Part shown: positions 56,730 to 64,000 of the stretch, one piece after another
Layout of the letters: each line of letters opens with the position of its first letter
Position numbering within the stretch: position 1 is the first letter of the stretch
Origin: an uncultured delta proteobacterium
Lineage (GTDB): Bacteria; Myxococcota_A; Polyangia; Polyangiales; Polyangiaceae
Length of the DNA stretch: 64,000 nt
NCBI GenBank assembly: GCA_963806225.1
Contig: CAWDXG010000001.1
Coordinates: 608,001-672,000 of the forward strand
Direction: 5' to 3'
Notes under the pieces: generated by a model
The model's database searches: none
What the model was told of the DNA's origin: nothing
The model's input: only the letters and a program-made list of their open reading frames with translations
Made by a program: the position numbers and the translations under genes

Positions 56730-57393
56730 AGCCGGTGACCGAAGCCAGCGGCAGGCAATGCGTGCTGCCCTTGCATTCGCCGTCGGTCGTGCACAGCTGC
56801 GCGTTGCCGTTGTAGGGGCAGGACGTGTCGCACGACGCGCCGAGGAACTTGTTCGTGCTGGAATCGAAGTGTGCGCAGCACACCTTGCCGTTCGTGCAGT
56901 CTGCCTTGTCGTCGCAGTAGAGCGGCCTGCCGGTGGTACAACCGGTGATCCTCGGGTAGCAGACGGTCAGCTTGGGGAAGCAGCCCGTGCACACACAGCA
57001 CACGTTCAGCTGTGTGCCGCAGGGTGCTGCGCCGCAGTGGATGCTGCCCGGGGTGGGCGTACCGGTGGAGCCGCCGCTGCCCGCAGCGCCGCCCATGCCC
57101 GCGCTGCCGCCGGCGGCCGAGCCGCCCGTGCCCCCGGCACCGGTCCCGGCTGAACCACTCGCTCCGGCGTTGCCGCCCGCCGCGGCGTTGCCGCCCGCCG
57201 AGCTGTCGGGCGCAGCCTCGGCGCCGGCGTCCAGCCCGCCGGCGCTGCCGCCGCTGCCGCCGCTGCCCGCAGCCGAGCCTCCGCCGCTCCCGTGGGCAGG
57301 ACCCAGCAGATCGCCCGCGGAGCTGCCCCCGCACGCCACAGCGAGTGCGCAGCCTGCCGCCAACAGCGACCCGCGCCGGATCAGTGCGACCAT
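56713..57393 (-). CDS. Cys-rich lipoprotein with Gly linker
   Basis: Lipobox AVAC; CD...DC..G.VCC, LC....EC. Confidence 0.8.
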   Translation of the reverse strand: MVALIRRGSLLAAGCALAVACGGSSAGDLLGPAHGSGGGSAAGSGGSGGSAGGLDAGAEAAPDSSAGGNAAAGGNAGASGSAGTGAGGTGGSAAGGSAGMGGAAGSGGSTGTPTPGSIHCGAAPCGTQLNVCCVCTGCFPKLTVCYPRITGCTTGRPLYCDDKADCTNGKVCCAHFDSSTNKFLGASCDTSCPYNGNAQLCTTDGECKGSTHCLPLASVTGFNVCQ

Positions 57394-57719
57394 GGGTCGA
57401 TCACGTCGAGCGGCGCGAAGATGGCCGTCGGCACGGCGTGGGTGTGCGCACGCCAGGGGTCCACGATAAGCGGGTCGTCGTCGTTGCGACTCCTGGTGGT
57501 GCGCGAACCGTGCCACGGGTCGATGACCTCGCTTCCGTCAGGTCCGTTCCACCCCCGGGCGTGCACGGTCGCGCGGGTCGATGCGGGAGCCCAGGGATCG
57601 ATCACCTCGCTGCCCGGAGCGGACGGCGGATCGGCAGATGCGACGGCTGGCCACGCACACGTGACCGGAATCAAGACCAGCCAGGGAGCCAGCCGACCGC
57701 GATGACGGAGCAGTTCCAC
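57381..57719 (-). CDS. Small exported protein with four (V/I)(I/V)DPW repeats
   Basis: Signal-like N-terminus ending VASA; GSEVIDPW x2, LIVDPW, DVIDPW. Confidence 0.6.
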   Translation of the reverse strand: MELLRHRGRLAPWLVLIPVTCAWPAVASADPPSAPGSEVIDPWAPASTRATVHARGWNGPDGSEVIDPWHGSRTTRSRNDDDPLIVDPWRAHTHAVPTAIFAPLDVIDPWSH

Positions 57720-57791
57720 TTCATCTGCATGATAACCCCGTCGCGGCGGTCTCGCATTCTGTTACAATCGGGTTTCACTCGGCTGGAAATC

Positions 57792-58973
57792 GTGCAGCTT
57801 CATGGAAGAACCAGGCGGGGTGGGAGACGCTGTGCAGGGCTGCTTTCGCTGGTCTCCGCATTGGTGCTGGCCGTGGGGTGCGGCGCGGCGGGCAACGCGA
57901 CGCCGGCGTCCGGTGGCCAGTCCGGGTCGGGCGGCAGCGGCGCGGTCGCGGGCAGCGGAGGAGTCGGGGGCAGCGGGGCCGCCGCGGGCGGCGGGGGGGC
58001 TGCCGGAACGGGCGGGGCGGCGTGCACGCCCTGGACGCCGCCGAAGAGCTGCGACGCCCCGCTTCCGGCTTTCACCAAGCGCCCCTGGCACCACGGTATC
58101 GAGTCGCCGATCATCGTCGCCACCGGCTCATCCAACCACCGCGGTCGCGACCTGTTCCTCGTGCCGGGCGAGCCGCAGTGGATCATCGGCAAGTTCGCCT
58201 ACGGGATCGCAGACAAGGACCTGAAGGACGAGGAAGTCGACATCTACCTCCTGCGCGGCTGCACGGGGAGCTGGGAGAAGCTCGGCACCGCCATCACCAC
58301 GCAGGACAACCAGCACGCGACGGAAGAGGGCGTCGACGACAGCGGCGGTCGCATCTACTTCCAGATCCCAGCCGGCAAGGAGCTCGGTATCGGCCGGCAT
58401 CGGGTGCACCTGGTCGTTGCGGGCGATCTGAGCAGCACGGACCTGTACATCGAGGTCGTGCCCCAAGGGACCCACCTGTTCGCGAGCGACGTGGACGGCA
58501 CCCTCACGACGCAGGAGACGGAGGAGTTCACGGCCCTGCTCACGGGCACTACTCCGAACTCCAATCCCGACTCGCCCGAGGCGCTGCGCGAGCTCGCCGA
58601 CAAGGGCTACCGTCCGTTCTACTTGACCGCGCGCCCGGAGTTCCTGGTCGGTCGCACGCGAGAGTTCCTCGACAAGTACGGCTACCCGCCGGGCATCGTG
58701 CACACCACCACGTCGCTGACCGGTGCGCTGGGGAGCGCGGCGTCGAGCTACAAGATCGGCGAGATCGGGCGAGAGCAGAAGCGCGGCCTCGTCATCGGCT
58801 GGGGCTTCGGCAACACCAGCTCGGATGCCGACGCCTACTTCTCCACCGGCATCGCCCCGGCCAGTCACCGCATCATGTTCCAGTTCACCGACAGCGCGCA
58901 CGGCAGCCGCCGCATCGACAGCTACTCCGAGCTGCTCGGCGAGTTCGCGGCGCTGTCTCCGGTCTGCCCGTAG
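57792..58973 (+). CDS. Lipoprotein with LNS2/HAD domain (lipin/Nir2-like)
   Basis: Lipobox AVGC; GKF.YG..D..L..E.VD, SDVDGTLT, YLTARP, K, GFGN..SD..AY. Confidence 0.82.
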   Translation: MQLHGRTRRGGRRCAGLLSLVSALVLAVGCGAAGNATPASGGQSGSGGSGAVAGSGGVGGSGAAAGGGGAAGTGGAACTPWTPPKSCDAPLPAFTKRPWHHGIESPIIVATGSSNHRGRDLFLVPGEPQWIIGKFAYGIADKDLKDEEVDIYLLRGCTGSWEKLGTAITTQDNQHATEEGVDDSGGRIYFQIPAGKELGIGRHRVHLVVAGDLSSTDLYIEVVPQGTHLFASDVDGTLTTQETEEFTALLTGTTPNSNPDSPEALRELADKGYRPFYLTARPEFLVGRTREFLDKYGYPPGIVHTTTSLTGALGSAASSYKIGEIGREQKRGLVIGWGFGNTSSDADAYFSTGIAPASHRIMFQFTDSAHGSRRIDSYSELLGEFAALSPVCP

Positions 58974-59107
58974 CGCGGCCCGGCGGGAAATTGTCGCCCA
59001 TCGCCGCGGGTTTACCGCTGGCCGGGGTGGTCTGCCGCAGGGCCCGGCGTGACGTGTTATATGCGGGCCGCGCCGCCCTGTTGGGCCCCGAGCAACTGGA
59101 GAGACCG

Positions 59108-61207
59108 ATGCGGAAGATTGCACCCTTCATCCCGCTCACCGCCGTCGTGGCGCTGGCCGCAAGCTGCGCCCAGCCCGCCCCGCCGCCTGTCGCGCCCCCC
59201 GCTGCCAGCGCCAAGCTGGCCGCGCCGCCCGGTCCCAAGGTGGAGAAGGTGTCGCTCGAGTCGGTGGGTCTCGACGGATCGGCGCTCGATCGCAGCGTCG
59301 ACCCCTGCCAGGACTTCTACCAGTTCGCGTGCGGCAACTGGATCAAGAACACGAAGATCCCCGGTGACAAGTCGCGCTGGGTGCGCAGCTTCAACGTGAT
59401 CCACAAGAAGAACGAGCTGGTCCTCAGGAAGATCCTCGAGAACGCCGAGAAGAGCGGCAAGAACGAGAACGCGTCGCTGAACAAGATCGGCGACTACTAC
59501 TCCGCGTGCATGGACGAGAAGGCGGTGGACAAGGCCGGGCTCACGCCAATCAAGCCGCTGCTCGACAAGGCCAAGCACCTGTACAACCCGAAGGCCATCT
59601 CCGCGTTCGTAACGGAGCTGCACAAGGACGGGATCTGGGCGCTGTTCGACGTGTCGTCGGACCAGGACTTCAAGGACGCCACCCGTTACATCGCGTACCT
59701 GGATCAGGATGGTCTGGGGCTTCCGGATCGCGACTACTACACGAAGCAGGACGACAAATCGAAGGAGATCCGCAAGAAGTACCAGGAGCACGTCGCGGCG
59801 ATGATGAAGCTCGCGGGCTGGAACAAGCGCGCCGCCGACCAGGCCTCCAAGGACGTGATGGAGGTGGAAACGGATCTGGCGAAGATCAGCAAGACGAAGG
59901 TCGAGCGTCGCGATCCGAAGAGCCTGTACAACCCGGTCGACCGCAAGGGCGTCGAGAAGCTCGCTTCGCACTTCGAGTGGAACCGCTACTTCGAGGGGCT
60001 CGGCTTCCCGAAGATCAAGGACATCAACGTCACCAGCAAGAAGTTCTTCTCCGGTATGGATGAGCTTCTGGGCAAGGTGAGCATGCCCAAGTGGCAGAAC
60101 TACTTCGCCTGGCAGATCATCAACGCCACAGCCGATGCGCTGCCGAAGAAGTTCGTCGACGAGAACTTCAAGATGCGTCAGGTGCTCACCGGCCAGAAGG
60201 AACAGCGCCCGCGCTGGAAGCGTTGCGTGGCATCCACCGATGCCGAGCTGGGCGAGCTGCTCGCACAGCCGTTCGTCAAGCAGCGCTTCGGCGGCGACAG
60301 CAAGGCTTTCGCACTGAAGCTCGTCCACGCGATCGGCAAGGCGTTCGAAAAGGACGTGCAGACGCTCGACTGGATGGATCCAGCGACCAAGCAGCGCGCG
60401 CGGGAGAAGTTCGAGGCGATGGCCTACCTCATCGGCTATCCGGACAAGTGGAAGGAATACAAGTTCAAGGTCGACCCCCACGACTACGCGGGCAACCTGC
60501 TGCGCGGCCAGGCCTGGGAAGTCCAGCGCCAGCTCCAGAAGATCGGCAAGCCGGTCGACCGCGGCGAGTGGGAGATGACGCCCCCGACCGTGAACGCGTA
60601 CTACACCGCGCAGAAGAACCAGATGGTGTTCCCGGCCGGCATCCTCCAGCCGCCCTTCTACGACGTGAAGGCGACCATCCCGGTCAACCTCGGCGCCATG
60701 GGCATGGTGGTCGGGCACGAGCTGACGCACGGCTTCGACGACGAGGGCTCGCAGTTCGACAAGAAGGGCAACCTCGAGGACTGGTGGACCCCCGAGGTGA
60801 AGAAGCAGTTCAAGGCGAAGACGGGCTGCATCGTCCAGCAGTACGGCAAGTTCGAGTCGATTCCGGGCGTGCACGTGAACGGCAAGCTCACGCTGGGCGA
60901 GAACATCGCCGACAACGGCGGCATCAAGCTCGCCTACAACGCCTACAAGGCGCTGCGCGCCGGGGCGAAGACGGTCAAGGTCGCCGACGGTTTCAGCGAG
61001 GACCAGCAGTTCTTCCTGGCCACCGGGCAGATCTGGTGCAGCAAGCAACACGCGGCGATCGCGCGCATGCTGGCCCAGGTGGATCCGCACTCGCCCCCGC
61101 ACTACCGCGTCGATGGCTCACTCTCGAATCTGCCCGCGTTCGCCAAGGCCTTCTCCTGCAAGGCCGGCACGCCGATGCACCCCGAGAACGCCTGCTCCGT
61201 CTGGTAG
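59108..61207 (+). CDS. M13 family metallopeptidase (neprilysin/PepO-like) lipoprotein
   Basis: DPC.DFYQFACG.W, VNAYY, FPAGILQPPF, HELTH, GENIADNGG, DPHSP. Confidence 0.95.
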   Translation: MRKIAPFIPLTAVVALAASCAQPAPPPVAPPAASAKLAAPPGPKVEKVSLESVGLDGSALDRSVDPCQDFYQFACGNWIKNTKIPGDKSRWVRSFNVIHKKNELVLRKILENAEKSGKNENASLNKIGDYYSACMDEKAVDKAGLTPIKPLLDKAKHLYNPKAISAFVTELHKDGIWALFDVSSDQDFKDATRYIAYLDQDGLGLPDRDYYTKQDDKSKEIRKKYQEHVAAMMKLAGWNKRAADQASKDVMEVETDLAKISKTKVERRDPKSLYNPVDRKGVEKLASHFEWNRYFEGLGFPKIKDINVTSKKFFSGMDELLGKVSMPKWQNYFAWQIINATADALPKKFVDENFKMRQVLTGQKEQRPRWKRCVASTDAELGELLAQPFVKQRFGGDSKAFALKLVHAIGKAFEKDVQTLDWMDPATKQRAREKFEAMAYLIGYPDKWKEYKFKVDPHDYAGNLLRGQAWEVQRQLQKIGKPVDRGEWEMTPPTVNAYYTAQKNQMVFPAGILQPPFYDVKATIPVNLGAMGMVVGHELTHGFDDEGSQFDKKGNLEDWWTPEVKKQFKAKTGCIVQQYGKFESIPGVHVNGKLTLGENIADNGGIKLAYNAYKALRAGAKTVKVADGFSEDQQFFLATGQIWCSKQHAAIARMLAQVDPHSPPHYRVDGSLSNLPAFAKAFSCKAGTPMHPENACSVW

Positions 61208-61321
61208 GGCTCGGCTACATCCCACCCGCCCACTCGGGAAAATCCCGCGCCCGCTCGCCATGCGGGCGTCGCGGCCTTATGTTTGGGTGGCCGGGGTCGC
61301 TTTCCGTCCCGGCGGTTCCGG

Positions 61322-62470
61322 ATGAAGTGGTCTTTGCGCATCGCCCGCGTTTCGGGCATCGACATCAAGGTGCACGCGAGCTTCCTGCTCGTGGTGGTGT
61401 ACTTCGCCGCGATGTTCGGCTCGCCGCACGGGCTGTTGGGCGCTGCGTTCGGCACGGCCGTGGTGCTCACGCTGTTTGCCTGCGTCGTGCTGCACGAGCT
61501 CGGTCACAGCCTGGTGGCGCAGCGCTTCGGAGTGAGCGTGCGGGAGATCATCCTGCTGCCCATCGGCGGGCTGGCCCGGCTGGGGCGCGAGCCGTCGCGC
61601 CCGTTCGACGAGCTGGTCATTGCGGTGGCCGGGCCGCTGGTCAACGTCGTCATCGCGGTGGCGCTCATGGGGGTGGCGATTGCGCTGTATGGGCCGTCGA
61701 TGCTGTTCAGTCGCCAGTTCTTCGACTCGGCGCTGGGGCCGCCGTCGTTCACCGGCCTTCTGAGCTCGCTCTTGTGGGCGAACGTTGCGCTCGCCGTTTT
61801 CAACATGATCCCGGCGCTGCCGATGGATGGCGGCCGCGTGTTCCGTGCGCTGCTCGCCATGGTCGTCGGCAAGCCGAAGGCGACGCGCATCGCGGCGACG
61901 GTCGGCCAGCTTCTGGCGGCGGGGCTGGCGGTGATCGGCATCTACGTGGGCAATCTGATCCTGGCGTTGATCGCGGCCTTCGTGTTCCTCGGTGCCAGCC
62001 AGGAGCGGGTGAACTCGCAGGTGACCGAGGCAGTGCGCGGGCTGTCGGCCGGCGAGGTGTGCGATCCCAACGCGATCACGCTGGTGCCGGGCGACATGGT
62101 CGGCTCGGCGGTGGATCATCTGCTGCGCACTCCGCAGGGGCACTTCGCCGTCGTGCACGGTGACCATCTGGTGGGCACGCTGTCGCGCGACGAGGTGCTG
62201 GCGGCGGCCGGAGCCGTGGGGCTCGGCGCGTTCGTGGCCGGGGTCATGCGGCGTGACGTTGTGCAGATCGACGCCGGCGTACCGATGGACGAGTTGCGCC
62301 ACATGTTCATGGAGCTCGGGGGTCGTCCCGTCGCGGTGTTCGGGCCTCACGGGTTCATGGGACTGCTCGGCTACGAAGATGTGTCGCGCATCGCCTCCCT
62401 CGCAGCCGCCCTGGAACGCCGCGGCGTCGTGCGCCCCGCCGTCGCGCGTCCGGACGTGCCGACAATCTAG
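61322..62470 (+). CDS. Site-2 protease (M50) with CBS domains
   Basis: HELGH, LLPIGG, AGP.VN, FN.IPALPMDGGR; C-terminal CBS pair. Confidence 0.93.
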   Translation: MKWSLRIARVSGIDIKVHASFLLVVVYFAAMFGSPHGLLGAAFGTAVVLTLFACVVLHELGHSLVAQRFGVSVREIILLPIGGLARLGREPSRPFDELVIAVAGPLVNVVIAVALMGVAIALYGPSMLFSRQFFDSALGPPSFTGLLSSLLWANVALAVFNMIPALPMDGGRVFRALLAMVVGKPKATRIAATVGQLLAAGLAVIGIYVGNLILALIAAFVFLGASQERVNSQVTEAVRGLSAGEVCDPNAITLVPGDMVGSAVDHLLRTPQGHFAVVHGDHLVGTLSRDEVLAAAGAVGLGAFVAGVMRRDVVQIDAGVPMDELRHMFMELGGRPVAVFGPHGFMGLLGYEDVSRIASLAAALERRGVVRPAVARPDVPTI

Positions 62471-62530
62471 CGCACATCGCGTTTCGTCCCCGCGTTGCGC
62501 TCCAGGGCGGTAGAACCCCGTGGAGGCGCG

Positions 62531-63352
62531 TCAGCGACGCCAGCGCGGATCGGGCGCCACCTGCAGGCGTGCCACGACCGGCAGATGATCGGAGTGGCCG
62601 GCGTGGATGACCCGGGCATCGAGCGGCATGAAGGCGCGGTCGAACAGGACGTGGTCGAGCATCTGGCGCAGTTCCCAGGCCAGGAGCCGGTGCCGCCAGG
62701 TGTGCGCGCCGGGATGGAATAGCGGCAGCGCATCGCGGTAGCCGCGTGCTTCGAGCCAGCCGACAGCTGCGCCGTCCGCCGCCTCGTTGAAGTCGCCGAC
62801 GACCAGCGTCGGCCGGTCCAGGGTGGACCAACGCGAGAAATCCTTGATCTCGTCGAGATGATCGGCGCGCAGGGTCAAGAGCGCGGTCAGATCATCGACG
62901 CGCCCGCTCAGCTTGGCGCGCAGGTGGACGAGCAGGATCTGGACCGGACCGCTCGGTGTCTCGACCTCGACATGCCAGGCTGGATGCCATCCGTTGGGTC
63001 CGGGGTGATGTCCGCGGTCGACCACCGGAAATCTCGACAGCACGGCCAGCCCGGCGGCGCCGGTGTCCGGAGCGTTGTGCCGGTAGAGCTGGTAGGGGTA
63101 GCGGCGGGCGTAGCGGGGCCGGAGCGCGGCTTCGTACTCCGGTGTGGTCTCCTGCAGGCAGACGATGTCCGCGTCGCCGGCCCCGACGGCTTCGATGATG
63201 CTCCGGTCGTGGTGCTTGCCGCACTCGACGTTGTAGCTCTCCACCGAGTACGAGGTGGAGCCCGGGGCCGGCGCGCGCGGCGCGAGCCCGGTGCTCGCGC
63301 ACGCGCACAGCATCAGCGCTGCGAGCAGAGCCAGTCCGGTGGTTTTCCGCAC
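62531..63352 (-). CDS. Endonuclease/exonuclease/phosphatase family lipoprotein
   Basis: SYNV, DIVCLQE, GLAVLSR, VHL, GDFN, LDH, SDH.PV. Confidence 0.9.
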   Translation of the reverse strand: MRKTTGLALLAALMLCACASTGLAPRAPAPGSTSYSVESYNVECGKHHDRSIIEAVGAGDADIVCLQETTPEYEAALRPRYARRYPYQLYRHNAPDTGAAGLAVLSRFPVVDRGHHPGPNGWHPAWHVEVETPSGPVQILLVHLRAKLSGRVDDLTALLTLRADHLDEIKDFSRWSTLDRPTLVVGDFNEAADGAAVGWLEARGYRDALPLFHPGAHTWRHRLLAWELRQMLDHVLFDRAFMPLDARVIHAGHSDHLPVVARLQVAPDPRWRR

Positions 63353-63392
63353 GCCCGGAAGTCTTGCACCGGGCGTGGAGCGGGCAAGGCCG

Positions 63393-64000
63393 CTACCCGT
63401 CCTGCGTGATGATGTCGACGAGCTCGTCGAGCGTGGCTTCGGCCTTGTCGTTGTCGACCTGGCAAGTGCCCGCTGCGACGTGCCCGCCACCGCCGAACGT
63501 GAGCATCAGCTCGCCGATGTCCGTGCGCGAACCGCGATCGAAGATCGACTTGCCGACGGCGAAGACCGTGTTCTGCTTCTGTTTGCCCCAGAGCACGTGG
63601 ACCGAGATGTTGCACTGCGGGTACATGGCGTAGATCATGAAGCGGTTGCCCGCCCAGATCGTCTCCTCGTTCCTGAGGTCGAGGACGACGAGATTCTGGT
63701 GCACCGTCGCACAGCGCTCGATCTGCGCCTTGAACCTCTCCTGGTGCTCCATGTACAGGTCCACGCGTTCCTTCACGTCGGGAAGCTCGAGGATCTGCTC
63801 GATGGTGTGCTCACGGCACGCGTCGATCAGAGCCATCATGAGATCGTAGTTCGAGATCCGGAACTGACGGAAGCGACCCAGCCCGGTGCGGGCATCCATC
63901 AGGAAGTTCAACAGCGCCCATCCTTTCGGGTCGAGCACGTCCTCCCGCTCGTACTGGGCCGAGTCGCCCTGATCGACGGCGACCATCATGTCCTCGCGAA
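63393..64000 (-). CDS. DHH/DHHA1 family phosphoesterase ('exopolyphosphatase-like'), 5' truncated
   Basis: AVD.GDSA, MDARTGLGRF, GNRF..YA, GGGH..AGTCQ. Confidence 0.85.
   Translation of the reverse strand, partial: REDMMVAVDQGDSAQYEREDVLDPKGWALLNFLMDARTGLGRFRQFRISNYDLMMALIDACREHTIEQILELPDVKERVDLYMEHQERFKAQIERCATVHQNLVVLDLRNEETIWAGNRFMIYAMYPQCNISVHVLWGKQKQNTVFAVGKSIFDRGSRTDIGELMLTFGGGGHVAAGTCQVDNDKAEATLDELVDIITQDG

Noticed and set aside
1..64000. Mobile elements, prophage, defence systems, tRNA/rRNA
   Set aside because: No integrase, transposase, phage, cas or restriction genes and no tRNA/rRNA signatures recognised; the sirtuin is a CobB-type deacylase, not a defence SIR2.

Overview
A GC-rich (~70%), gene-dense bacterial chromosomal segment, most consistent with Myxococcota (Polyangiaceae/Sorangium-like): many Gly/Ser-linker lipoproteins, Cys-rich secreted proteins, ECF sigma factors and a membrane Hanks-type kinase. 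I support about 58 CDS; most other ORFs in the track are GC-driven shadow frames. I saw no rRNA, tRNA, CRISPR array, transposase or integrase. Recognisable modules: a split RdgC pair; an ECF sigma/anti-sigma/Spy-CpxP trio; an ECF sigma fused to a membrane anchor; a gsk inosine/guanosine kinase; a complete NAGGN osmoprotectant operon; a Tat-chaperoned GMC oxidoreductase beside two paralogous lipase-like lipoproteins; a Rieske-reductase/PaaX/desaturase cluster; M13 and M50 proteases. Best candidates for undescribed biology: (1) a ~120-nt sigma54-driven small RNA at 35863-35983(-) with C-rich anti-Shine-Dalgarno loops (Pxr-like layout), plus a second sigma54-driven structured RNA at ~47526-47626(+) carrying a complementary G-rich tract; (2) a DUF4266-DUF3570-DUF2271 flavinylation-type envelope redox module that carries two c-type cytochrome lipoproteins (one with an atypical CX4CH motif) and has no local ApbE or thioredoxin. 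All family calls come from motif recognition by eye; no searches were run.
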